Origin: a virus
Reading direction: 5' to 3' (one strand)
Length of the DNA stretch: 64,000 nucleotides
IMG/VR virus record: IMGVR_UViG_3300042691_019356
Span: 7,318-71,317 of that record
The translations under genes were made by a program, and so were the position numbers. Within the stretch, counting starts at the first letter, position 1. Each line of letters starts with the position of its first letter. Shown in pieces: positions 1 to 7,798 of the stretch. Under the pieces are notes generated by a model. That model was given only the letters and a program-made list of their open reading frames with translations, made no database searches and was not told where the DNA came from.

Positions 1-126
1 CCTCATCGTGAAAACTCCTTGATTTGTTGAATTGCATCGTTGGCCTGCAGGATCATTTTCCTGCTGTTACATGAAATGCTGCTGCCTTTGTACTTAAGCC
101 ACCAGCATTCACGTTCAAACTCTTGC

Positions 127-387
127 TCAATCTTCGTTTTCGTCATTGTAATTTACTGAGTGAAATTGAAACGGCGCTCCGGCCAGGGCTGAATCAGAAA
201 TCCTCCTGCGATTGAAACGATCTTCGTGAATGCGATACCTTCCTGGTTTTGTAAATTCCCACAAAAAGCCTTCTGTGCATCTCGCAACGTTTGCAACATG
301 CGCAAGGCCGTTGTAACCATCGGGAGCAGCAATTGCACCAATCCATTCCCATCCATCGGGAAGAATGTGAGGATGATACTCAGTCAT
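127..387 (-). CDS. hypothetical protein (86 aa)
   Basis: Intact ORF in the co-directional minus-strand gene train. Its ATG overlaps the upstream stop by 8 nt. No recognisable motif. Confidence 0.4.
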   Translation of the reverse strand: MTEYHPHILPDGWEWIGAIAAPDGYNGLAHVANVARCTEGFLWEFTKPGRYRIHEDRFNRRRISDSALAGAPFQFHSVNYNDENED

Positions 388-754
388 TGTTTTGACGATT
401 GAGGAAGAAGTAGTAATTGCATTGAGTATGCCTTAGCCAATCAAGAACAGAGGCAGGTGAAATTGTTCCACCGCCATTCTTGTAAAGCCATTTGGCATCG
501 TCGTCTGGCATACGCATCGTAAATTCATCTAGCCTTTCAACGCAATTATCAGCAATTTCTTCAAGCTGGCTATCCGTCAATTCAGCAAGATCATCTTGCA
601 TTGTGGTTAGCCACTCGTAATCTGGATGCTCGTAATAGCGCTTGAACACCTCAGGATAAAAATCATTCTCGTGGCAAACTTGCAATGCGTTGCTCAGATC
701 CTCGATGAATCGTTTACGAGATTCTTGCAAATGCTTCGCTCTATCGTATGTCAT
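380..754 (-). CDS. hypothetical acidic protein (about 124 aa)
   Basis: Start moved to the internal ATG at 754..752. It is preceded by a GGGAGGAG Shine-Dalgarno and lies 1 nt after the upstream stop (756..758). Confidence 0.5.
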   Translation of the reverse strand: MTYDRAKHLQESRKRFIEDLSNALQVCHENDFYPEVFKRYYEHPDYEWLTTMQDDLAELTDSQLEEIADNCVERLDEFTMRMPDDDAKWLYKNGGGTISPASVLDWLRHTQCNYYFFLNRQNND

Positions 755-755
755 C

Positions 756-1088
756 TCACTCCTCCCACGGCAGATTCTCCATCTGCTCGCAAATGTCATT
801 AGCAAGCTCGTTGCAATTAGAGCGCTTCATGACGGTTGTAGTTGCCCAGTGCGCGAAACTGTAAGCAGCCCCCATGCAACTATTGTCGCCAGTCTGGTAG
901 TTCCATTCCAGCTCGTCAGATTCTTTGTCGTATCGAAATCCGATTGTAACTTCGATGCCGGGCTTTTCACCGTCGCCCGTCTCAACAAGTGTATCGCTTC
1001 CGATTTGCTTCTTGATTGCTTTGAAAAAATCCACAAAGGATTGTTTTTCACGCTGAATTGCATTCTTGGTGACTGTGTTGTTTTTCAT
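756..1088 (-). CDS. hypothetical protein (about 110 aa)
   Basis: ORF 756..1136. The internal ATG at 1088 is preferred because the promoter-like element at 1127..1155 covers the longer start. Confidence 0.4.
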   Translation of the reverse strand: MKNNTVTKNAIQREKQSFVDFFKAIKKQIGSDTLVETGDGEKPGIEVTIGFRYDKESDELEWNYQTGDNSCMGAAYSFAHWATTTVMKRSNCNELANDICEQMENLPWEE

Positions 1089-1126
1089 GGGAGTAATTTG
1101 ATGGTCCGGCTGCTGCCGGTTTTTAC

Positions 1127-1155
1127 AGGATAGCATGGTGCCGAAAGCCTGTCAA
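1127..1155 (-). promoter_or_regulatory. sigma70-like promoter candidate (TTGACA-N17-TATCCT)
   Basis: The minus strand reads TTGACA (1155..1150), a 17-nt spacer, then TATCCT (1132..1127). It shares the decamer TTGACAGGCT with the promoter at 1940..1968. Confidence 0.3.
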
Positions 1156-1183
1156 CCTCCGGCACCTAGAAGATTTCTAAGTA

Positions 1184-1888
1184 TTAAGCTGCCGTAACTT
1201 GCTCCTCGACTTGAACGTATTCCATCAGCTTTGGCTTGACTTTACGGAAATACGAATTGAGAACATCGCGCAAGGAAGATGTATTCTGCTTTTTCAGATC
1301 GTTTGCAATAATGTGATGCCAGAACATCGTGCGACCAGAACCACGCAGAGCTGTATTGATAAACGATCCGAAGTAGTATTCTTCTTCGATGTGCGACCAA
1401 ACGTGATCCAGGCTGCTGTCATTGAAACGACAGGAAAAACAATCACCTGCCTCCGGTTCGATACCGTTTTTCAGCGCCCACTTGATGTAACCATCAACAA
1501 ACTTTTTAACCTTTTTGTCGAGAAGTTTCTTGCGGGCCACGATGTCATCTGTTTTATTGATTGCATCAACCGGCTGGCCAGATGAATCAATCTTGATGCC
1601 ATCGTAAAATGGAATCCTATCGCTGTATCCGACACTGTAAAGATACCAGATACCACGCTCCTGTGAAATACGGGCGGGTGTAAATTCTTTGAGCCTGGCT
1701 TTCGTAGTAACGGTTTGCCAGCCGCCAGTGTTCAGCTCAAATGTATTGTCGTTGAAAACTTTTATGATGTCCGTATTGTGAAGCTTGACCAGGAAAACAT
1801 CATCCTCCTTGCGAAGGTATGTATTATTTGCAAGCTTTTTCGTTTCTCGCTTGCCAAGTGCATAGATGCACTTATCGTAAGTAAGCAT
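1184..1888 (-). CDS. hypothetical phage protein (234 aa)
   Basis: Long clean ORF directly downstream of a near-consensus promoter. Function unknown. Confidence 0.55.
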   Translation of the reverse strand: MLTYDKCIYALGKRETKKLANNTYLRKEDDVFLVKLHNTDIIKVFNDNTFELNTGGWQTVTTKARLKEFTPARISQERGIWYLYSVGYSDRIPFYDGIKIDSSGQPVDAINKTDDIVARKKLLDKKVKKFVDGYIKWALKNGIEPEAGDCFSCRFNDSSLDHVWSHIEEEYYFGSFINTALRGSGRTMFWHHIIANDLKKQNTSSLRDVLNSYFRKVKPKLMEYVQVEEQVTAA

Positions 1889-1939
1889 GGTTTTGTAATT
1901 TGAGAAAGGGATAAAAAGAAAGCCCCCGCCTCAGCCCCT

Positions 1940-1968
1940 ATTAAAGGGCAAGGACGGGAGCCTGTCAA
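1940..1968 (-). promoter_or_regulatory. sigma70-like promoter candidate (TTGACA-N17-TTTAAT)
   Basis: The minus strand reads TTGACA (1968..1963), a 17-nt spacer, then TTTAAT (1945..1940). It lies in the 108-bp gap upstream of ATG 1888. Confidence 0.45.
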
Positions 1969-1996
1969 GTAGCAGAAGCTACAAGGTAGCTAAAGT

Positions 1997-2185
1997 TTAC
2001 AGAGGCATTACAGGGATCGCACTGCCGCAATTATGGCAGGTCAAGTAAATGTTTTTTCTGTTGATGACATCTGTTTTGATTCTCCATAGTGGATCCAATG
2101 CAAAGCGACTGCGTTTTGTTTTGCAGCACTTGTGGCATATCTTAAAGAACCCCTCTGTAAATACATATCTGTAGGGTTGATTCAT
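1997..2185 (-). CDS. small zinc-ribbon-like protein (about 62 aa)
   Basis: Two CxxC pairs (CHKCC and CHNC). The internal ATG at 2185 follows the upstream stop at 2199 without overlap. Confidence 0.4.
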   Translation of the reverse strand: MNQPYRYVFTEGFFKICHKCCKTKRSRFALDPLWRIKTDVINRKNIYLTCHNCGSAIPVMPL

Positions 2186-2198
2186 GCCGGCAACAATG

Positions 2199-2411
2199 TC
2201 AGCCAGCCTCAGACTCGTTGATCTGCTCGTCATCAATACTTTCCTTGACTTGTTTGTAGAGTTTTTTGATTATCTCTCTGCACTTTTGCCATGATTCTTG
2301 CTTAAGTGGTTCTTTTCCATCGCCAAGCATTTCGACAAATGTATTGCCGGAATGATACATGAAGCGCAATGAAACCATGATCACACGCTTTTCGGTATTG
2401 CTCAGAGCCAT
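2199..2411 (-). CDS. hypothetical protein (70 aa)
   Basis: ORF in the gene train with start and stop overlaps to both neighbours. Confidence 0.4.
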   Translation of the reverse strand: MALSNTEKRVIMVSLRFMYHSGNTFVEMLGDGKEPLKQESWQKCREIIKKLYKQVKESIDDEQINESEAG

Positions 2412-2599
2412 TGAATTACAGCTCCGTCGATTTGCCAGGTCTTTTCGCCAATCTTGTCATCAAGAAAATGGAACCTCAATCCATTTTCAAGCGTGATGTA
2501 CTGACCAGTGCGGCCAATGACTTGTGTTTTCTCCAGGGGCTGCCCAGGAAAGAGAACGGCCATTGAATGGCCGCTCTCCGGTTTCTGAACTTCAATCAT
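2402..2599 (-). CDS. hypothetical protein (65 aa)
   Basis: ORF in the gene train with a 4-nt start/stop overlap to the upstream ORF. Confidence 0.4.
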   Translation of the reverse strand: MIEVQKPESGHSMAVLFPGQPLEKTQVIGRTGQYITLENGLRFHFLDDKIGEKTWQIDGAVIQWL

Positions 2600-2778
2600 T
2601 GCGATGAATTGGTTTCGCCAAACGTAGAATACTTGGCAACGATGTCAGGGAATGCGTCGCAGATGCGTTGATAGTTCTGCGGATCTGCTGCAATCATGGC
2701 ATCCGCCAAACGCGAAACAAAATTGCCGCCGTGTTGACGCATGTTTTCGACGAGTTGAAACTTGGTGTCTTGGTTCAT
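2596..2778 (-). CDS. hypothetical protein (60 aa)
   Basis: ORF in the gene train with 4-nt overlaps at both ends. Confidence 0.45.
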   Translation of the reverse strand: MNQDTKFQLVENMRQHGGNFVSRLADAMIAADPQNYQRICDAFPDIVAKYSTFGETNSSQ

Positions 2779-3113
2779 TTCTGGGAAGAATTGTTGGAAA
2801 TCATTTCACGGAAAGTAATTTTCTTTCCGTCATCATCGAATCCAGTGGATTCCATGAGCTTGTCCTTAAGCTGTTTAGCCTGTTCCATTTGATTTGCAAG
2901 CAACTGCATTTTGATGCCTGCAATCATTAAGTGCTCGTTAATACCAAATGGCCAAAAGCGCTTGCGACGCATCACACCGCGATGAACTTTGGCAGCCTCT
3001 TTTTCAATGTCGCTTGCATATGAATGCAGCAACGAATGAATTACGGCGATCTCGTAGGTGTAAAGCTCGGGAACTTTCATTTCAGGTACTGCTTGTAATT
3101 GCCAAGGAGACAA
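2775..3113 (-). CDS. hypothetical protein (112 aa)
   Basis: ORF in the gene train. No motif recognised. Confidence 0.45.
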   Translation of the reverse strand: MSPWQLQAVPEMKVPELYTYEIAVIHSLLHSYASDIEKEAAKVHRGVMRRKRFWPFGINEHLMIAGIKMQLLANQMEQAKQLKDKLMESTGFDDDGKKITFREMISNNSSQK

Positions 3114-3574
3114 AGATCCATGAGATCATTAAACTCAACGGAATCAATACTGCCGCCGCCGTAATCATCAGTTTTGCAAATGAGAAAACATTTCTGATGA
3201 TACGGACCAACATTGTGCAGATAACCTTTGTTTTCTGCAAGTGGATTGTCTTTGTTAAGCCATCGCATACAAAGGATCTGAATAGGAGCCATTGGGCTTC
3301 GCTCCCATTTATCCCTTGCTGCAATGTCGCAATACAGCGGCGTGAAGTAACTACCAAGCTCTCCGACGATCCATGCGTAGTAATGACCCACGGGAGCATC
3401 GTTAAGCTTTCGCCTGTCATGAATGGCGATGTCAGACCAGTTGTGCCGAACGTAATGCTCGGCTTCCATAATCATCCTGTCATGTAACGACCCATACGGA
3501 AGCTTGGGCCGGATTTTTTCAAGTTGCTGGGTGGAGACGAGGACAGACATAGATCCTTGCGAGGACTCTGGCAT
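3077..3574 (-). CDS. hypothetical protein (165 aa)
   Basis: Clean ORF. No motif recognised. Confidence 0.5.
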   Translation of the reverse strand: MPESSQGSMSVLVSTQQLEKIRPKLPYGSLHDRMIMEAEHYVRHNWSDIAIHDRRKLNDAPVGHYYAWIVGELGSYFTPLYCDIAARDKWERSPMAPIQILCMRWLNKDNPLAENKGYLHNVGPYHQKCFLICKTDDYGGGSIDSVEFNDLMDLCLLGNYKQYLK

Positions 3575-3620
3575 CCTACCACGTCCAAATCCCTATGGCA
3601 AGGGCGAGCGTCACAGAGAT

Positions 3621-4160
3621 TTACGCAGGCAATGGCTGCAACCTGAGCGACGGAAACAGCTTGCGATTTGAAAGGCGATGCCAGTTTTGTACGACCTGTG
3701 GCAATGTATCAAAAGGTTCGGTCATAACGTTTCCCGATTTCGTGTAGGGACATATCCAGTCAGCAACCGTATTGTTAATATAGATCAACGGAAAGTCATG
3801 CCTTGTGCCAATCCAAATTGCACCAGTATCAATCGGCTTGTTTCCTGAACAACGAACAAAAGGATAGAAGCCGCCTTCTATTGCCTGTTCGATCTGACAA
3901 TAAATACCACCCCATCCAAATTGATTGATCTCCTCCAGGATTTCAGTGAACTCCTGCCGTGATGTAGTCCGAAGCTTTGCGTGTTTCTGGATGTCAAGCT
4001 CTGTATTGTACCAGCGCTTAAACCTTATGACATACTTTCTACCCTGGCAAATTGCCTGCTTGCATAGTGCCAGTCTGTTGTCGGTCTGGGCTTTTGAAAA
4101 AACAGGCCAACCGTACTTATTTAATTGTTCGTAATGTTTTTTGCTCTGGTAGTTTGCCAA
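3621..4160 (-). CDS. hypothetical protein (179 aa)
   Basis: Clean ORF. No motif recognised. Confidence 0.5.
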   Translation of the reverse strand: MANYQSKKHYEQLNKYGWPVFSKAQTDNRLALCKQAICQGRKYVIRFKRWYNTELDIQKHAKLRTTSRQEFTEILEEINQFGWGGIYCQIEQAIEGGFYPFVRCSGNKPIDTGAIWIGTRHDFPLIYINNTVADWICPYTKSGNVMTEPFDTLPQVVQNWHRLSNRKLFPSLRLQPLPA

Positions 4161-4663
4161 GGTCTTGACGCAATGAATGGCGTTTTTTTCTCATAGGCTT
4201 TTACCTCTCTCAAGATTGGATCTTTGACAACCAGGAGAGAAAGCAAAAATGAATGAGTCTTAGCATTGTAGCGATTGACCTCAACGCCATCAAGCCATAA
4301 TAAAATCTCTTGCGACTTTCTGGCGCAGTCAATCCAATACTTCCTGTGTGAAATAGCTTCCTGTTGCTGAATTGTCTTGGCAACCATGCCAGATACAGGA
4401 CAGATAAATTCAAGTCTTCCAGGTGCCCCATAGCCACGAACTGTATAGAACTTATACCAGATGAATGCAGCTCTGCGTTTTGCCTTTTCAAGTTGAAACC
4501 AGAATTTCATTCTGATTGTATGCAATGCCCTGTGCCTCCATTGATTTGTGCCAATCCATGGTTTCTTTTCTTGTTTAACTCGCTCTCTTGAAATTAGCGT
4601 GATCTTATACGGGAATGACTTGGCCCCTGGTCTCTTCCTGGCCACTTGCCCCAAACACCACAT
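4121..4663 (-). CDS. hypothetical basic protein (start uncertain)
   Basis: ORF 4121..4813. The first 50 codons run through a GC-rich stretch and look like run-on, so the internal ATG at 4663 is used. Confidence 0.3.
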   Translation of the reverse strand: MWCLGQVARKRPGAKSFPYKITLISRERVKQEKKPWIGTNQWRHRALHTIRMKFWFQLEKAKRRAAFIWYKFYTVRGYGAPGRLEFICPVSGMVAKTIQQQEAISHRKYWIDCARKSQEILLWLDGVEVNRYNAKTHSFLLSLLVVKDPILREVKAYEKKTPFIASRPWQTTRAKNITNN

Positions 4664-4834
4664 AGATCTAGGATACAGCAATGGAATCCTCGTATCACTA
4701 CCTGATTCACCGGCCGGGCAAGCCTCCAATCTGGGGGCTGCTGCGCCGGTGGAACTGGGGGGCGGGATCCCCACTGGATCACCTTGCAAGGCTGTATCCA
4801 GACTCAACAACAATCACAATCACAAAAATCAACA

Positions 4835-5122
4835 ATGTTCCCACTTACGGATCAAGAGAAAGAAGAAACGCAACGCGATCTGGTGGCACTACTGGAATCG
4901 CTGAACAGCTCGGCCGAACTGCTGTCAGAATTTATTGAAGCCCTCCGCAATCGCGCAATTGGACTTGACAAGGAAACAGAGCAAGCACTGCGTAAGCCAA
5001 TTAACAGAATTGGTTCCCTTGGCTTTCAATTAAACCTAACCCAGTACAAGGCACGAAACTTCAAGGAACGGCAATTCACAATGGAAGTCCAGGGGATCGA
5101 ACCCTGCTCAGGCGAATTATGA
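4835..5122 (+). CDS. hypothetical helical protein (95 aa), 3' end antisense to the tRNA
   Basis: This is the only ORF covering 4835-5080 and it looks coding. Its last 41 nt overlap the minus-strand tRNA. Confidence 0.35.
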   Translation: MFPLTDQEKEETQRDLVALLESLNSSAELLSEFIEALRNRAIGLDKETEQALRKPINRIGSLGFQLNLTQYKARNFKERQFTMEVQGIEPCSGEL

Positions 5123-5154
5123 GTTCGCTGCATTCACCAGATTGCTAGACTTCC
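5082..5154 (-). tRNA. tRNA-Met (anticodon CAT); elongator Met or Ile-lysidine type
   Basis: Hand-folded cloverleaf. Acceptor stem GGAAGTC/GACTTCC, anticodon stem GCGAA/TTCGC with loop CTCATAA, T arm CAGGG-TTCGATC-CCCTG, 5-nt variable loop, discriminator A. The 1-72 pair is G-C, so it is not initiator-like. Confidence 0.85.
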
Positions 5155-5175
5155 GCAAATCAACCATAGCAGATC

Positions 5176-5406
5176 ATGAAACTTGTCCGCTGTGAACGTT
5201 GTGGAGCCAAGTGGATCAACGATCTGCACTACTGGGCAACCGGCAAGCCAGGATCAGAACTGGATCTCGCTGGCCTGGTTTGCAATCGGGTGAATGACGA
5301 TCGCTGCCCCAATCCCATGAAAGGCCAGACCGGTGGGGACACCTGGGAAGCCCGAGCTGCGCGGATGGTTTCGCTGGCGCCCCCTGACAGCCCTGAGGGG
5401 GCCTAG
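5176..5406 (+). CDS. small Cys-rich protein (76 aa)
   Basis: N-terminal CxxC plus two more Cys. GC-rich third codon positions give a coding look. Confidence 0.45.
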   Translation: MKLVRCERCGAKWINDLHYWATGKPGSELDLAGLVCNRVNDDRCPNPMKGQTGGDTWEARAARMVSLAPPDSPEGA

Positions 5407-5597
5407 TGGTCTGGTAGGCCATCGAGCCAGTCAGCAACGCCACTGGAGCCGCCGTAGCGCTCCCTCAGCACCGTGGCCAGCTCAGCCCCAACGGCCAGGG
5501 CCTGGCGCCTGCAGTCCAAACAAGCCACACGACATTGCATTACATCGCTGCCAGAAAGCTTGCAGGCAGCAAATGCCAATCTGTCAGAAAGCTTCAT
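5403..5597 (-). CDS. small Cys-rich protein (64 aa)
   Basis: GGAG lies 8 nt upstream of the ATG. GC3-rich codon pattern. Convergent with 5176..5406, with stop codons overlapping by 4 nt. Confidence 0.4.
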   Translation of the reverse strand: MKLSDRLAFAACKLSGSDVMQCRVACLDCRRQALAVGAELATVLRERYGGSSGVADWLDGLPDH

Positions 5598-5610
5598 AAT
5601 TCAACTCCTG

Positions 5611-5643
5611 CAAACAGCGCAAAGCCCCCGGTTTCCCGAGGGC
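5611..5643 (-). terminator. terminator/attenuator-like hairpin in a long leader
   Basis: The minus strand reads GCCCTCGG-GAAA-CCGGGGGC followed by TTTGCGCTGTTTG, 27 nt upstream of ATG 5597. The T-tract is weak. Confidence 0.3.
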
Positions 5644-5880
5644 CTTGGCAGGGCTTCATGCAGCGTTAACACACCTGATTGGCTCCATTCAGCCCAGGCT
5701 CACCGCTGCAGATGCTGGAGCAGTGTAGCAGAAAAGAGATGGCCCAGGCGTGAAGACTGTGGGGGGGCAGCAATCTTCAGGGGTCTGGGCTCTATCCCCA
5801 CGCTTGCCGTAATGGGTCGAGGGCGTGGTATGACCGACCGGAAGCAAGCCGGAGTCATCACGAGATCATACACCACCTGA

Positions 5881-6099
5881 CTACTGGTTGGCAGATTTAC
5901 GCATGACCTCAAGACGCTTTTCCGTAAGATAAATCTGATAAATAGTATCACATTTATCTGGTTTTGTGCGACAATCTATCATGCCCTTCACGTATAGCCT
6001 CGTCTGGTCAGGAGCAAATGAACTGAGCAAAATCAAAAGAATAGCGGAAAGAAATACACCAAAAAGCATTCCCGCAGTAAAAGATCCTGAGTTTTTCAT
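5881..6099 (-). CDS. small membrane protein (72 aa, one N-terminal TM helix)
   Basis: Hydrophobic stretch FTAGMLFGVFLSAILLILLSSF followed by a Cys-containing soluble tail. Confidence 0.5.
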   Translation of the reverse strand: MKNSGSFTAGMLFGVFLSAILLILLSSFAPDQTRLYVKGMIDCRTKPDKCDTIYQIYLTEKRLEVMRKSANQ

Positions 6100-6209
6100 T
6101 GAAGTAAAAGTTTGAATTGTTTGCCCCGATTGACCTTACGGGGACTTGTTGCCTGGGGATCCTCCCTACCCGATGGTCAAGGGGCATGGGCCAGGGTGTC
6201 AATCATACA

Positions 6210-6392
6210 TCACTCAACCCTTGATAGCTGCGACATCTCGAAAAGCGCCGTTGCATTGGCCCCAGGCCCATACGCATTATAGACATATACCGTTACTATA
6301 TCTTTTTCAATTTGCTTGATGACACCACAAGCGGGAATTCCATGTCGATTTTTCCACGGTGTAACAACCATGTCGTTGATTGAAAAGTTCAT
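6210..6392 (-). CDS. hypothetical protein (60 aa)
   Basis: The internal ATG at 6392 forms an ATGA overlap with the stop of ORF 6389..6688. Confidence 0.4.
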   Translation of the reverse strand: MNFSINDMVVTPWKNRHGIPACGVIKQIEKDIVTVYVYNAYGPGANATALFEMSQLSRVE

Positions 6393-6688
6393 TTCCTGAA
6401 AGTAAAACGAGTTGAAGGGCCTCGTCCGGTTACGGCATCCCACCAGGCGATGACCGAAATCCGCATCCTGCAATGGTTCCTTCTCCTGTTGTAGGGACCG
6501 GGATCATACAAGGTTTCTGCGCCGACGTGGCCCCTATGACGATCGAGCCAGCGCAAGCAACCACGACGCTCGGGGCATTTATCATCAAAGCATCTTGTCC
6601 AGTCCCTCGGAAGATTCATGGACTGCCTCGCAACTTGATTGCATAATAGCGGAATCCGTTTTGGGTTTGTGCTGTTTTTGTGAAGCAT
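6389..6688 (-). CDS. hypothetical Cys/His/Arg-rich protein
   Basis: ORF coupled by ATGA to the downstream gene. The start is uncertain (6688 or 6619). Confidence 0.35.
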   Translation of the reverse strand: MLHKNSTNPKRIPLLCNQVARQSMNLPRDWTRCFDDKCPERRGCLRWLDRHRGHVGAETLYDPGPYNRRRNHCRMRISVIAWWDAVTGRGPSTRFTFRK

Positions 6689-7202
6689 AATGCCTCTCGA
6701 TTAGTTTTACAAGCGTGTCTGCATTAAACTCCGTGACCCATCCACAACGAATCAGTTTTTCTCTTAGGGTTTCACTTAACTGTGCGGGCGGATTTCGGTA
6801 AGCCTTGGGGACTTCACGCATCCCTGTATAACAGGCCCAAAACTCAAGCGCAGTCCAGACCGGACAATCTTCATCGCCAATCGGCTTTGCATTTGCAAGC
6901 CTTTCCCTGATGGTCTGACTTTTTACATTGCCCCAATCAGCCTCATCAATGCGACGATTCATTTCAGCGAGCTGAAAGAATGCTTTTTGCCGCAGTTCAC
7001 CAGCTTTGCCATTTTCGATAACAGACAGATTGCCATAAGAGATTGCCTGAAATCCAGCTTCCGATGCCCAGTTGCACCACGTATATTGCGTCCAGCCAAT
7101 ATGTAGACGCCAGTTCTTCATCATGTTGCCAAACGCAACACGATTATCAGCCGGCTCCCATGATTCTGGTGCCGGTGATTGCTTGCTGCCAGAGTTGTTC
7201 AT
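6585..7202 (-). CDS. XRE-type helix-turn-helix DNA-binding protein (205 aa)
   Basis: The N-terminal segment FGNMMKNWRLHIGWTQ...ISYGNLSVIENGK matches the Cro/C1 HTH pattern (...is.iErGk). Confidence 0.5.
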   Translation of the reverse strand: MNNSGSKQSPAPESWEPADNRVAFGNMMKNWRLHIGWTQYTWCNWASEAGFQAISYGNLSVIENGKAGELRQKAFFQLAEMNRRIDEADWGNVKSQTIRERLANAKPIGDEDCPVWTALEFWACYTGMREVPKAYRNPPAQLSETLREKLIRCGWVTEFNADTLVKLIERHYASQKQHKPKTDSAIMQSSCEAVHESSEGLDKML

Positions 7203-7524
7203 TTTGGTTTTTGAGAGATTGCTTGAGTTGATTGATTTTTGGTTCTACAAGGTGGTGGCTAGAAACAGTTCCAGTAATACCTTGAACAGAAATACGAACT
7301 GATCCACATGGAAGGGTTTCAGTGGTAACAGACATCCACTGCTTCCATTCGTCTTCAGAAACTGGCTTAACCCCCTGAAAAACAAAATGACCACCACCAC
7401 TTCCATTAACGCATCCAAGGCAAGCACAAGCCTGGGACTTGCACCACCTTTTGCGCCAGGCGGAAGGAATCATCTGCATTGCTGCATTGACTTCTGCCTG
7501 GCTCCTCATTTGATCGTTACTCAT
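7147..7524 (-). CDS. hypothetical Cys-containing protein (about 125 aa)
   Basis: The internal ATG at 7524 overlaps the upstream stop (7517) by 8 nt. Confidence 0.4.
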   Translation of the reverse strand: MSNDQMRSQAEVNAAMQMIPSAWRKRWCKSQACACLGCVNGSGGGHFVFQGVKPVSEDEWKQWMSVTTETLPCGSVRISVQGITGTVSSHHLVEPKINQLKQSLKNQNEQLWQQAITGTRIMGAG

Positions 7525-7798
7525 TGTCGTCTCCTGGAAATGGAACAGACGGATCAAGTATAGTCACCTTGTACCTTGCGTGATTCCTCGTGAACCTAAA
7601 GTGACTCCATCCAAACTTTTCTCCAAGCTGAATCCAGCCAAGTAAACCCCACCAGCCAGGTTGGCAAGTATTACTGTTTGTCCAGCAGATGCAACCAATG
7701 GATCCACCATGGCTATCAATGTGCAATGGATAGCCAAGCCTTCTAACTGGCACAAATGCAATGAAGCCGGTGCTGGGCGTGAATGTAAAGTCGCTCAT
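7517..7798 (-). CDS. hypothetical protein (93 aa)
   Basis: ATG 7798 forms an ATGA overlap with the stop of 7795..8907. Confidence 0.45.
   Translation of the reverse strand: MSDFTFTPSTGFIAFVPVRRLGYPLHIDSHGGSIGCICWTNSNTCQPGWWGLLGWIQLGEKFGWSHFRFTRNHARYKVTILDPSVPFPGDDNE

Noticed and set aside
4600-5160. attP or integration module next to the tRNA
   Set aside because: The tRNA is complete, no integrase or recombinase ORF is present in the window, and I saw no tRNA-fragment repeat.
5598-5880. Glutamine (glnA / downstream-peptide) riboswitch, common in marine cyanobacteria and cyanophages
   Set aside because: As far as I recall, the conserved core contains GGAAGUAGG and AAGGAACG elements. I could find neither on either strand.
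5473-5951. ORFs 5473..5880 (+, 135 aa) and 5700..5951 (-, 83 aa)
   Set aside because: They are open-frame artefacts of GC-rich sequence. They overlap better candidates or the leader region, and their Pro/Arg/Ser-rich composition is implausible.
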